Below, piece after piece: positions 10,838-22,907 of a stretch of DNA of 64,000 bases. A program made the position numbers and the translations under genes. The DNA lies in NCBI GenBank assembly GCA_001687465.1, contig LVLI01000346.1, forward strand, positions 62,001 through 126,000. The letters run 5' to 3'. The stretch's first letter is position 1. Each line of letters opens with the position of its first letter. The notes under the pieces are model-generated. The model was not told the origin of the DNA. It made no database searches and saw nothing but the letters and a program-made list of their open reading frames with translations. This DNA is from Halocafeteria seosinensis (lineage: Eukaryota).

Positions 10838-13393
10838 ATGAGTGTGTCTTCAGAAGGATCTTCTTCTACATTGGAGCGTAGCTTGGCACGATTGGATGCT
10901 TCATTGGAGAATTTGCGTCAAGGGAGGGAGGCATTCGAGAAACAACAGGGTCAAGTTCTGCCACCGGGATCTCAAAGTGAGACGGTTGGAACCACTGCTA
11001 CATCTAACCGTGATACATACAAGTTTACAAGCTCGAGGGGGAGGGAATATGGTGGAGGAGAGCGGTATGAAGACATAAGAGCTGACGAGCTTCTCTCGCG
11101 GGTAGAAGATTCTGTATCTAGTATACACGGGGGAGGGTCTCAAGATGACAAGATTAACAGCGAGAACCCGGGAGGCTATGATGACCTCGTTCCAACCCGT
11201 GAAGAAGGGATAAGTGCAGGGCAACAAGATTCCCCGATGGATGTAGGACAACTTGGTGCCCTGCCCTTGAACGACCCCATTACCGATGTCGCCAGCAATA
11301 CACTATCATGGCCAAAAGACAACAGAAGAGGAATAAGTCAACCAGAAACTGCTGTGACATCTACCCCCTTTTCTGATCAATCTCCCGCCGATTCTCCTGG
11401 TTCGTATAACGCGTGGGAAGTACCGCCTGATCTTCAGTCCCTTCTTGATTCAGGCGGCACAAGCTCTAATGGTGCTCGCAGTGCCGGTGCAGATACCCTG
11501 CGTCGCTATGGTGTGAACATTGAATCTCCACTGGGGGGTGATATCGAAGAAGAGACCCTATACTGGTCAGCGTCCTATAACCTTCCCAGAGTGAGTCAAT
11601 CAGGGAAAGGGTCTGGTCTCATGACGTACACGAGTGTGTCTCATTCTGGGCAAGAGGTTGCGGCAGCATCTCGTCCTCGTTCTACGACCGGTGACTCATG
11701 GAAACGCCGGCTAGGGAGTACTAGTAGACCGGGGACGAGGCCTGCAGCTGAATACAGAGCACCACAAGAAAGTGTTGTGGCTCAAGAAAGATCTCAACGT
11801 TCAAGAGGATTTGACCACGTGACTGTAGCAACTCAGACTCCACCGCAGCCATCAACAGAAAAACGTACTGAGTGGCGAGTTCCAAAGTCGATAGACAAAC
11901 AGTTTTCGAATAGAAAAGGAAAGAGCTTATATGCTCCCGATGTCTCTTCTGATGAAGATCATGACCGAAGCTCGGGGAGCGTCTCGAGTAACGGATCTCG
12001 CATCGGTGGGAAGCGTCAAGGCGAGCATCCGACAACCCACAGGGCAACGCAACCGATGCCGCCGGTTTCCCGCTCCAAACGATCCTCAGAAGACGAATAC
12101 TATCGCAAAGCACTTTCAGATTCCTACGAAAAAGAGCGCAAGGTAGTACAGCAACAAACTGATCAAACGCTGTCTCATTGGGAGGAATTGACTGATGCGT
12201 ATAATCAAGCTCTGCAAGGTGCAGGGGAGTATAGCACTTTCCGCGGAGGTTACAGGCATCCCATGCGCGGAGCCAGCGAAAGTGAGTCTAATCGTGAATT
12301 TTTGGGTCGTTCTCGTGGTGATGATGTTGATAGGCATAGTCATGCCCCAAAGGAAACGAATCATGATGTGTCCTCCGCCAGTGGTCGGCAAGTGGCGCTG
12401 GAGCCTGTAAGAGTGAACCCTGGCTTCTCCAGTAGCGAGGCTGTTCATGGATATCAACACAGTCGCAAGCAGCGAGCAGCCGGAACTGAAGAACCGGAAG
12501 TAGCACTCAATGTAGAAAACTGGGAGAACCGCTCCAATGACGACGAGTCATGTACTGATGAAGGTAGGGATGACGACTACTTAGCTCCCAAAAGGAACGA
12601 TGAAGGATTTGGAGATTTGAATACAAAACATGTCCATTATGCCGGAGACGTTGAACATATCCCTCGTCCACGAATTACTTCGTCTCCTTTGCGACGACAA
12701 CCAGATGGTATTAAAACAACGAAACCGAAAACACGCTCGCAAAGTACCCATAGCGAAGTGGACTATGATATTGCCAATCGAGAACGGGAAGATCATTTAC
12801 ACCGAGACATCAAGTCTTTGGTTTCAAGTATATATGAACTGATTGAAGAATTTAGAGACTCGAAACTGAGATGTGTACAGAACGAAAAGTCGGTGCAAGC
12901 TCACGATGAACGAGGAGTGTGTGCCAATGACTCCACATCTCCTAAGACACAGGATTTGCAGCGGAACATTCAGACCCTGTCGTCAAAGTTGGACCAGCAG
13001 CTAGGCTCTGCTCCCCCCGTCACGAGGGAATCGGACGCGACGTCTCAAGGAAACAACCTACAATATGCGAATGGAAAATTGTGGGTGAAACTTCCTTCAT
13101 CCGTATCTGCCAAACTTAAAGAGCTTACTGAGAGGCAGAGCGATCGCCGAAGTGTACCTGTGTATCACCAAGGGGACTCAAATGTGTATGTTCATGGTAT
13201 TCTTCGCCCACGACAGCCCACCACCGCAGAAGTTAAGCCAAGCAATCGAAGTACAGTCAGGGGCAAAAACCCGGTGAGGAGAAATAGAATAGGATTGAAA
13301 AAGAAGCAGCAAAATGATATGTTCCTGGAGCTTTCTCTTCCCGATAGAAGCTCCACGTACGTGCCAGTGCAATGGAAACCTTCCAAGAAATGA
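10838..13393 (+). CDS. Hypothetical 851-aa protein, largely disordered with short coiled coils
   Basis: Long uninterrupted ORF, S/R/D/E-rich, N-terminal coiled coil (LERSLARLDASLENLR); no recognised domain. Confidence 0.75.
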   Translation: MSVSSEGSSSTLERSLARLDASLENLRQGREAFEKQQGQVLPPGSQSETVGTTATSNRDTYKFTSSRGREYGGGERYEDIRADELLSRVEDSVSSIHGGGSQDDKINSENPGGYDDLVPTREEGISAGQQDSPMDVGQLGALPLNDPITDVASNTLSWPKDNRRGISQPETAVTSTPFSDQSPADSPGSYNAWEVPPDLQSLLDSGGTSSNGARSAGADTLRRYGVNIESPLGGDIEEETLYWSASYNLPRVSQSGKGSGLMTYTSVSHSGQEVAAASRPRSTTGDSWKRRLGSTSRPGTRPAAEYRAPQESVVAQERSQRSRGFDHVTVATQTPPQPSTEKRTEWRVPKSIDKQFSNRKGKSLYAPDVSSDEDHDRSSGSVSSNGSRIGGKRQGEHPTTHRATQPMPPVSRSKRSSEDEYYRKALSDSYEKERKVVQQQTDQTLSHWEELTDAYNQALQGAGEYSTFRGGYRHPMRGASESESNREFLGRSRGDDVDRHSHAPKETNHDVSSASGRQVALEPVRVNPGFSSSEAVHGYQHSRKQRAAGTEEPEVALNVENWENRSNDDESCTDEGRDDDYLAPKRNDEGFGDLNTKHVHYAGDVEHIPRPRITSSPLRRQPDGIKTTKPKTRSQSTHSEVDYDIANREREDHLHRDIKSLVSSIYELIEEFRDSKLRCVQNEKSVQAHDERGVCANDSTSPKTQDLQRNIQTLSSKLDQQLGSAPPVTRESDATSQGNNLQYANGKLWVKLPSSVSAKLKELTERQSDRRSVPVYHQGDSNVYVHGILRPRQPTTAEVKPSNRSTVRGKNPVRRNRIGLKKKQQNDMFLELSLPDRSSTYVPVQWKPSKK

Positions 13394-13451
13394 TGGTCAC
13401 ACAACATGCCGGTAATAACGGATATAGATACGTCACATTAATCTTCAAGTA

Positions 13452-14647
13452 TTAGTGTGCTACTACTTCATTGCTTTGTTCATCTCGGGACAGTTTACCT
13501 TGGTTCTGCAACTTTGCCTTTAGAGCGTGCCTTTCCTTTCTCAGCGTTGCTATTGTCTCATTCGCTTTCCTTGTTTCATTACAGCTCTGTTGTAGATATT
13601 CATAAAGTTTGTTGTTTTTTTCTTGAAGTTGTTTAACTTCATTTTGTAGGCTTTTATTGTGATTTCGCATCTCTGCCGTTTCATCATCCCGCGTTGAACG
13701 CCAATCAGCCAGCTCTTCTTCCATTTGTTTCAGTTTCTCCCTAGTTTCTGATAATTGCGATTCCGTGGTACTCTTGTTTTCTTTGCATTCATTGAGTTCT
13801 CGTTGTGTTTCTTCCAGGTTTCTCTTCAACATCTCCTGCTCCTGTTTCGATTCGTATAATTGGTTCTCCAACGATTGGTGTTGAGTGTGGAGGAAATTAA
13901 TTTCTTCTTGTTTCGCCTCCAACGATCTTCGGTGGGAAGCGAGCTCACTCTCGTGGTCGTTCTGCAGCTTTCGTATTTCGTCGTCTTTATGTCGTATGTC
14001 TTCTGCTCGTCGTTGAAGCTTGCCCATCATGTCGTCTAGCTCTTCGCGGTGTTTCTCTACGGTACTTCGACTTTGCTCCAAGTGGCGCTGCAGTTCGTGG
14101 ACTCTCATCGATAGGTAGTGTATTAGCTTTCTATCATCCGCCAATGTGATGGGAAGAGATATGAGTGCTACCGGGCGAAGTTGCGTGTTCTGCATAATTT
14201 CCAATGTGTCCGATTTTGACAAGGACAGGAAACTGCGCATCCACACAGTACCAAAAATGTCGTATCAGTTCTGATGGCATGGGAAATTTTGCAAGTCCCT
14301 ACTTACTACTGCTGGTCATCGCATTTATTCAATAGGTCAATTAATTTCTCTGGAAACGACTCGAAGTCGATCCGTAAACTCTGCTCTTTCCTTAACTTGT
14401 CGTATTCGGTCTCCGTCAAAGTCAGTGAGTATAACTCAACTTCTTTCACTTCTGTATCGCTCTCTTCCGAAAGTCCTTCGTCCGTCAACTGAATATAGAG
14501 TGAAGATGCATCCCTCGACCTCCTTCCATGTCGGTCTCCATTGTAGGGATGAAATAGCCGTATAATGAATGGCTTCCCTTCTTCGTGGCGATCCGAGGGA
14601 CGATGGACTCGTAACTTAGCCTCGTAATGGGGCTTCTCAGAAGTCAT
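13452..14647 (-). CDS. SAS-6-like centriole cartwheel protein, paralog B (2 exons)
   Basis: SAS-6 head motif LYSLTLTETEYDKLRKEQSLRIDFESFPEKLIDLLNKC. An intron (GTAAGT ~14306 to CAG ~14234) joins it to YFLSLSKSDTLEIMQNTQLRPVALISL...ADDRKLIHYL and a long coiled coil. Confidence 0.82.
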
Positions 14648-15164
14648 TTCGAGTATTCACTGTGATACATGACGTATACAGGGGTATCTCAATCCACACC
14701 ACGGTTCTACGATGTTGGTGTTTTTGAAACTTTAGACAAGAGAGATGCTGACCAACGGATGCACAAAGCTTAAACGTATGCACTAACTTCAAATACCTTT
14801 AAATACGCTGCATTCAATCGTTTGTTTTTGGTACACACATGTATCTACGTGAGCCATAGGACATGTTATAGAGCCCCAAGGTCTTATGGTCAGTCGAACT
14901 TCGAAGACAACGAATTGTCAGCTTTCAGTGGTCTGCGTTTCTAGCTAAAGAGCTTTGTGAACGACAACTTGTAGCCAGGAACCTTGATAACGAATGCGAA
15001 TTTCGGAAAACCCTTTGAGCACAATAAAAAGTGTGTATTTTTTTTATCTGGTACAACTCGTTCCATGTTTATACAATTCTTATACACAGATCGAAAAGAA
15101 GGGCGAAAATGTTGTCCTTTTTTCTTATATCGACAGTAGGTCGCGAGCCTGCAAAGACCTAGAT

Positions 15165-16946
15165 CTAGACGCAAGACATAGACCTAGAACAAGTCTGCTC
15201 CAATGTATGGTCCAAGCTTCCATCAAACAACTCCGGATCATCGCCCAGATAAGGGTTGCTAGCATAGCTATCCGTAGCGGTGTTCCGATGAGTGGTCGTC
15301 TGGTGACTGGAATACGACTGGTTCCGCTTAGACAGTGTACTGGAATAAGACTGGTTACGCTTAGACAGTGCTTGGTTTGCTGCTTCAGACTTGTAAGGTT
15401 GTGAGTTGCTTTGCTGAGATAAAGCGTCCTGAAGCTCTTGCATCATCGATTTGTTATTATGCAAAAGTTTCACAGTCTTGTCTAATTGATCCTTCAGTTC
15501 CTCCTTTTCCTTTGTGACACTCTCCGTTTTCCGCTTTTCCGACGCGACTTCATCCTTCAAATTGTTGATAGTGTCCTCCAGTTTCCTGATCGATTCCGCC
15601 TTGTCTCGTAACTGGGACTTCGCTGTATCGCGAGCAGACGCTAATTCCTTCAGCTTCGCTTGGAGAGATCGGCACCTTTCCTGATACTTCTTTATGACAC
15701 CATTTCCTTCTTCAATTGAGCGCTGTGATTCCTGGATTCTCTCTTTAAGTTTCTGGGTGTACTTTTCGTATTTCTTAATATCATTTTGCAGCTGTTCCTT
15801 CTGCGACCGTTCTTTTTCAAGCAAGTGTTCCATATGCTGTATCTTCGAGTCTCTGGCATGTATCTCGTTTTGTAGGCTTCTATTTTCTTGCTCAACCTCT
15901 GCCTTGGCTTGTAGCTGACTTTCGAGATTGTTGTTTGCTTCGTGAAGAGATTTAATTTCATCTTCTTTGCGTTCGATCTTGCCTTGAAGATCTTGTTCGG
16001 TCAGTAGATGATTATTTATTTCCTCTCGCAGATTATCCGTCTCGCTTGTTTTCTCGCTTATCTCATTTTGGTACGACGATAACTGCTGTTTCAACTCAGA
16101 GATCTTGGACGAGTACGACTCTTCATTACGCCTCTTTTCCTCTGTAAGACGTTCTCGCTCGTACTTCGTATCTGCTTCTAGTGATGAGTACTTTTCGTGC
16201 ATGGTTTGAAGTTTATCCTGGAGTTGCTGCACGTTGTTCCGTTCCCGGCCGAGAGCGTCTTCCAACTGGTTCGCTCGCTGAGACTCTTGATAAAGACGAG
16301 AGCTCAAATACGAAACCATCGAAGGATCATCTGCGCAGGACATTTTCAATGATAGATGCGTTACCCTCTTGAACCCGTTTGTCTCCACAATTTCTAGTCG
16401 CCTGGAAGCGCCGCCACGGGATTGGTGGTCTTTTAGCAATTCCATGTGTCTGCACGATAGGCCAAAAAGCACGACGGATACCGAATAGGATGTTAAACAA
16501 TACCAATTATCAAATTCTAAACCGCAATACACAACATACTTGGGTATCTCTCCCTCTTCCGGGCTTATGCAGCTTCTGACGAGTTCCACAAATTTATCAG
16601 GAAAGTCAGCAAAGTCGACAAGTAGTTTCTCCTCCCGCTTGAGGACCGGGAAGTCTTTCTCTGAGATCGTAATGGAAAACAAACTAATCGGCCCTTCGTG
16701 TGGAGCCCGTGCGTTCTCATCCGTGACTTCTATATGAACGACATTCTCCCGGGAGCCCTGTAAAGTCGCTAGTCGCGGATAATCGCGTTACATGCAGTTT
16801 CCAACGGGAGAGGGCTGATCGACACTTACCTCCACATCCTTGAGAACACGAATGACGAGGTCTCGACGTGTAAGCTCATTGGAGAGGTCCTCCTCTTGCC
16901 GAACGGTTGCGGTTGTTTCCAAAATGGGGTGATTACGATTCAACAT
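15165..16946 (-). CDS. SAS6: SAS-6 centriole cartwheel protein, paralog A (3 exons)
   Basis: Exon 1 MLNRNHPILE...VLKDVE from 16946. Head motifs FSITISEKDFPVLKREEKLLVDFADFPDKFVELVRSC and LEIVETNGFKRVTHLSL, then DDPSMVSYLSSRL and a long coiled coil. A probable in-frame intron (~16538-16450) lies inside the track ORF. Confidence 0.9.
15306..15370. repeat. 33-bp-period tandem duplication in the SAS-6 tail (LSKRNQSYSS x2)
   Basis: actggaatacgactggttccgcttagacagtg at 15306 and actggaataagactggttacgcttagacagtg at 15339 (2 mismatches). Confidence 0.9.
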
Positions 16947-17087
16947 ATTTCACTTTATGGCTTGTAAATGAGTGACACTGAACCCTTCTGTGGAGTTTTT
17001 ACTGTGTTTTTACTGTGATACATGGTCACTGGCCACAACAATGGCATAATTTAGCACAATAATATCGTATAAACCGGGCCGCGTGCA

Positions 17088-17144
17088 TTTGAAATTTTGA
17101 ATCAATGTGAAGTTTTGACTTTGAAGTTTTTTTTTTCGTTTGAA
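17088..17144. promoter_or_regulatory. Cluster of four TTTGAA (CHR-like) motifs upstream of SAS-6 paralog A
   Basis: TTTGAA at 17088, 17096, 17120 and 17139, about 140-200 bp upstream of the ATG at 16946. Confidence 0.55.
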
Positions 17145-17604
17145 TTCACCATACCCCTTTCTCTCTCTGCTGTGCATATATACTACCTAGTACGATTCAT
17201 TCTCATGCTACAACCAGCGCACAGTCATCTCTGCCATCGATGCGTGTGTGGTCTGGATGGAAAGCTTTGAATTGTATAGTCTCTGGACATGTGCAATGCG
17301 CCTGTCTTTTGAAGTGTATACAATGTATACACACCGCCGATGATGGCATTCGACGCTCTTGCCATGGCCATGGGCCTACTCATACCGAATAGGCCTGCTT
17401 TAAGCTGCGTAAAGTACGCAGCAATAAATGTAGATGCTGTCTTTCGGGCCATTCCTGTGGGAGCTTTAGAGACTCTCCCAGGCTTAAATGTGTTGTATTT
17501 CATTGGATTGATTGATAGATAGTACTTATGCACACTATATATACACAGGCAGTACAGTAGTAGTATATCCATTTCTCGTTTTGCTGTACGACGATACGAG
17601 AAAA

Positions 17605-19411
17605 ATGTCGACATCTCGCTTGACAATACACCCTAGCGTACAAGAGTTAGTTCGATTGATTGGGAGGTACGTCGAAATACAAGGAGTCCCTCAGTATCCC
17701 CTCCATGATAAGAATGAACATGTGATTGCTTTCTTTTGCTCAGAGCTTTCTATAGAGATGAGTTTGTGGTGATCTTAGATGCGTTGACCAGCGAAATATT
17801 CCTCCGAGTAAGTGCTAACATTTGGAAGAAAGACTTAATTGATGCGCTCTGACTGCTCGTCTACTGGCTTTCATGCACTTGCAGGATGATCGTCTCGGCG
17901 ATTATTTCCGTCCCCTTTCAGGGAACTTGGTTAGAAGAATTTTAATAGAGTTACAGAAAGACCATCTAGTTTCGTCTGAGGAGGTAGTGGAGCAGGCGAT
18001 CAGGAAAAAGGATAGAGAGCCTGACGAAAACGCTCATATTGAAAACATGGAACAATACTTGCGACGGCTACAACAACAGGATAATGAGAATGAGAATGCT
18101 GAGAAAGACAACGAAGGAGATGGAGAAGGGACAGCAGAGGATGGAGGCAAGAAAAGAGCCCTGCGTGACAAGACAGAAAAAACAGTATGCTGGTACATAA
18201 ATCCAAGACTGGCTGTGGATGCCATAAGATATCGCCTTTTCCGTATGAGTAACCATCTTCATGAGCGTGAGACCGGAAATTCTCAGTTGAAGGAGTATGT
18301 TTGCCCTCAATGCGGATACGCTGCCACAAGCACAGAGTTTGCGAACATGTATTTACAACGAGCGGCTGCTTCCGATATACATCAGTTGAGTACAGGAATG
18401 CACTCTCGCAAAGGGGGGAATTCTGCAGGGAACGAAGTTGCATGTCCAACGCCCACGTGCAATTCGGTACTTCGACGGAAAGATATGAGCAGAATACGCG
18501 AGCACAGCAGCTCTGCAAGCGATCGATTCAAGAGCCTTATAAGTACTCATTCCCGGATTCAAGAACTTTTGAACGAACTCGGAAAGGTTCGGCTAGGTCC
18601 TAATCGACCAAGCGACCATATACATCAAGGCAAAGTCAGTATCAAAGACCCAAACAGACGAAATCCAACAACTGCCAACACGTCGCGCTCATCGTCTTCA
18701 CGAGCTGAAAAGGTCCAACCTTTTAGTCCCGGCGTTTATGCTTTAAATGATACTGAGGTCGAAGTACATGTACCGGAGGATGAAGGCTTTCATGAAAACG
18801 GTGAAGCAACTGATAATCACCGTCGACAAAAGGATGGCTCCAACACCGTTTCTATCGAAGCTGTACCAGAGATTATTGCAAAGAGCGCATACACTGGAAA
18901 GCGCGTTCAGTCTATCGGTTTTCATCATGTAGACACAGGCAACGCGGATAGGGCAACGGATAATGATACCGGAACCGAGGACGAAGAGGACGACATAATG
19001 AACTTTTTGGCAGCAGAAGCGCAGGGAGAAGGCGAAACAGAACAAGATCAACAGCAACCTCCTAAACCTGCTAAGGAATCATCCTCTCGTGAGCACCCTG
19101 TAGCGACGCATCACCACCAAGAAACCCGAAAGCGACCGGCTGCAGAAGTGGATGCCTCCGGCACTGAAGCTGATGAGGAAGGCTGGGAATCCGGGAGTGA
19201 AACAAGCTCTGAGTGGGAAAGCTCAGACTCCGATGACGACGAAATGGCTAGAGAAGCAGCTGCCAGCATCAAGGTCCGGGTCGCAGGTGAGGAAAAAACC
19301 TTGTTGGAGACATCTGACCAAGACATAAACAAAATGTCGAATGATGAGCATGAGGAATATCTTACTGCCATGCGAAAATGGAATGAGGTCAGAACCTCCT
19401 CGTCAACGTAA
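17605..19411 (+). CDS. TFA1: Transcription initiation factor IIE alpha subunit (3 exons)
   Basis: Spliced N-terminus MSTSRLTIHPSVQELVRLIGR|AFYRDEFVVILDALTSEIFLR|DDRL (winged helix), WYINPRLAVDAIRYRL, zinc ribbon YVCPQCG...CPTPTC, acidic tail with VRVAG and MSNDEHEEYL. Confidence 0.88.
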
Positions 19412-19945
19412 TATCAATAGGTAACTTATCAAGAGAAAGTGGATAGCATGGATGGTGAGAGTACTGGCTGGCTTTACAGAATGCCAGACGTTCCATAATA
19501 CTCCGTTCCATGCCTTTATCCTTGGTGACGCGGTCACGGAAAAGACCGATTGCACCCGTATGATGAGGAAGGAGCGAGGCAAGCTCTGAGTGGGAGAACT
19601 CTACTCAAATGACGAGGGGTCGCTAGCAAGTAGGTACGACTTGGCATCGTGCCAAGCAAAAACCTTGCTGCGGATTTCTACCGAGGAGCTATAGAGTACC
19701 CTACTGAATGAAGTCTAAACCTGTTGAAAGTACCATGTTAGTAAACTTCTTAGTGATTATTATTTCATGGGCTATGAGAACCAAGAATCTAGCAAAGTTT
19801 TACGCGTTTTTAAAATAAATGCCGCTCCCCGCCAACAAAGCCGTAAGGAGTCTTCAAGAGTTCCGGGATATCTAGCGTTCCGTCCCAAGTTTTCGAACCG
19901 CTATTGGTGTAGCGTGTAGACTGCATACTATGCGAGACTGAAATT

Positions 19946-20477
19946 CTAAAATTTACTGTCACTATGAATCTCTTCAATATGCGGACCACCACTCCTATTT
20001 GTGCCTTCTCCAAGCCTCCCAGCTTCACTACGTAACTCTTTAACAGCAGCAGCTAGAGCTTCAGGGTTCACGCCACACTCGCACAGTCCCATCAGTATCT
20101 GCACACTAGATCTATCCAGTCCTGTATCTAAGAGCTGCGCCATCTCCGCCACCGCTGCAGTTTTAGCACAAGATGTGGAAGAAGCGAATTGAGGAAATGT
20201 CCACTGTACACACGTAGTGAACCCACTAACCATCTACTGATTCCTTGATGGCCCGGTCTCTTCTTGTTGAAGATGCGTTCTCCTGTCCGCCATTCCCCGT
20301 TCCACCGCTCATGTTCCCTGATACGGTAGCAGAAGCAACAGTTGATCCTCTTCCATGCGCGGCTGCTCCCCCAGAGGCCTCGGAACTTGCATTGTATCGT
20401 GCTGAAGGACCCCGGGCGTGACTGCTGCCGTCCGACGGTTCCTCCACAATCGGCCTCGTTGATCGGGATGAAGACAT
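19946..20477 (-). CDS. MZT1: MOZART1 gamma-tubulin complex protein (2 exons)
   Basis: EMAQLLDTGLDRSSVQILMGLCECGVNPEALAAAVKELR is the MZT1 core. Exon 1 (20477-~20231) is joined by a GTTAGT..CAG intron. Confidence 0.9.
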
Positions 20478-20569
20478 TTCGGTACCACAGAGAAGCGTAC
20501 CACAGCAAGGAAAACTCCCCTATACCGTCTATACTGCGTCAAATGCGACAACTATGCCGGCTGCATGGA

Positions 20570-20584
20570 TTTGAATCATTTGAA
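20570..20584. promoter_or_regulatory. Tandem TTTGAA (CHR-like) pair upstream of MZT1
   Basis: TTTGAATCATTTGAA, about 95-105 bp upstream of the MZT1 ATG. Confidence 0.45.
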
Positions 20585-20762
20585 ACTTAAAGTGTGCGAA
20601 ATGATTGTTTTATTCTAACTTCAACCAGAGCCTCCGTCCATTTTCTTTGCATACTATAAGAAGGGTTGTACTCTTACCCTTCGACAACGTGATGGGGAAT
20701 GTGTAAAAGAAAGTGTTAAAATCCTCTGGTGTCTTGGGAACACTGCATGGTTGCCTGGGAAG

Positions 20763-22098
20763 ATGACATTTCTTAGTGGCATTGTGTCTGGCTTGGTGGC
20801 TGGATGGTTCGCTATCGTTATCACAGCCCTTATTGAACGATGTGGAGGGATGGTCGGCGGTGTACTCGGGACAGTACCTTCCACTATTGTTCCAGCTGCC
20901 ATTGGACTGGCGAGGACGTTCGAATCTACGGATCAACTGCATGTAAGAGCTGTGAGAGAAGTTGACTGTCGGAAGTTATGACTCATAGTATTATTCATCG
21001 CACGCAGGAAGCCCTATTTAGCGTCCCTTTGGGTATTTTTTTGGATGCTACTTTTTTATGGACGTGGAAGTATTTTCCAAAACGTTTACCCATGGAATGG
21101 ACGAGGAACTTAAGGCTGGGAGCCATGCTCACCATATCCTTGACGATATGGATCATCCTCGCACTGGTGGCTTGGACGTTCCAAAACCAAATCCTAGGAA
21201 AGACGAACCAAGTCCGCTTGGCAGGCGTCATTTGTTTGTTGTGTACACTCATTTTTGGTATGATTGTGTGCTGGAAGCCCGGAACTATGCCTCGCGGAAG
21301 AAATGCCGTGTCTGTCGGAGTGCTTGTCTCGAGAGGACTGTGTGCTGTAAGCTGGACTCCATACTGATATGGAAAGACGATTTTTGGCTTCCACTTATAC
21401 TCTACTTTAATGCAGACCATGGCTATTGCTATTACTATTTGGATCGGAAAAATATCGCCAGTATGTGGTTTGCTCCGGACGCGTTTGCTGCCAAGTCGAC
21501 CTTACTGTGTTGCGTTTTTATCCAGGTGCTATCTGGGTTGATGTCAACCTTTCCCGCAATTTTCGTAACGTCTATGACTGCACTTTGGCTATCTCAAGGG
21601 TAAGAAGAAACTGCAGACGGTTGGGTATCTTCTGCATGGGACATACGCGTCGTTTGAGTTCGCAGAGAGGATGTTCCAACGGGCGCAGTTGGACCGATGA
21701 TGCTAGGCTCGCTCTCGGTTCCCACTTTCGCAATAATTTTTGGTTTAACGGCGACTAAATGGGGCATCCCTGGAGCAGTATTGTTCGCGTGGGTAATCGC
21801 TGTGTCATGCATTTCATTCCCCGTAACAATGTTCCTGAAATGGCGCCGAAAGAAAGTGGATTCGGAAAATCTCCAGCACCGATATAAACGTGTAAACGAG
21901 TTAGCTCTTGATGAAGAGTTCGAGGAAATCGAGCTTGATCGAGTAGCTGGACTAGATGACGAAAATCTTGGTGGGAGAGAAGAATCGCAGAGGCTTACGC
22001 AGTCGCAATCCTTACACTTTGGAGCAGGAGACCCGAAGGAGGCTGCTGCTGACGATTTTGACATAGAAGATATAAACTTTGACAGTGAGAACAGATAA
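20763..22098 (+). CDS. Multi-pass membrane protein of unknown function, internally duplicated (multi-exon)
   Basis: Hydrophobic ORFs 20751-20981, 20978-21367, ~21527-21600 and 21697-22098 separated by GT-AG introns. Paired motifs GGVLGTVPSTIV / SGLMSTFPAIFV; acidic C-tail. Confidence 0.75.
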
Positions 22099-22907
22099 TG
22101 AGGATAAAGCTGTAGAAGTTTATGGAGACAGTAAGACTACCCTGACGGACGAAGGTGTTATTTGCTGCTTCAATTATGTTAAGTATGCTGAGGAGTGCTT
22201 AGACACTCCATGACTATCCCTTTTTCGATAGTTGCCGCACGAAGTAGACGACACTGCATCTCGCCTGTAAGAGTTTGCACGCGTGGAAGAATTGCTTTGC
22301 TCTCTGATGTGTTGGTGAGGGTCGTTTCGACTGGTCGCTACCGAGAGCACTCAGGACGCTGTCTGCAACCAGGGAATTGATTCCTACGCGTATTGTTGGA
22401 CTTCATTAGCCCCCTTCTCATTACCTCCCTTTCGCGGCTTAACAACGCCATACCAAGGGCTAGGTAGTCTCGGGGACAGACGGTGAAAATGCAACGTGTC
22501 TGTGTCTTGATATGGCATTGACAGGCCGAGGCGAATATCAGTATCAAAGGCCACTGGTGCAAACTGCTCTCAAGGATGGATGTATTTACGAGTCATACGG
22601 CGATCTTGCAACGGGAGCACAAGGAATTCGGGTTTGGTCAGTGGCCACGAACGTGTTATCATGGAATCACAACCACAACAGAGGTGAAGTTGAAGCTTGA
22701 ACGTCACCGGTGACCTGTAGAACAAGTTGTTTGGATTGAGCGCGTGTATTGACTTTCTCGTAATACTATTCGTAATACGGTCTTCACTAATCAAGACTAA
22801 CTTGTCTCACTCGTTAAATATACTGCTTGTCATAACCTAGCAAGAGTACGGTCACGGTAGGTTTTCTTCTCTTCAAGATACGCATCTGGAGCCAGATTGA
22901 GGACACA

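Noticed and set aside
17225..17626. Overlapping small ORFs 17225-17626 (-) and 17340-17522 (+)
   Set aside because: No recognisable motifs; the region is better explained as divergent promoter or structured non-coding sequence.
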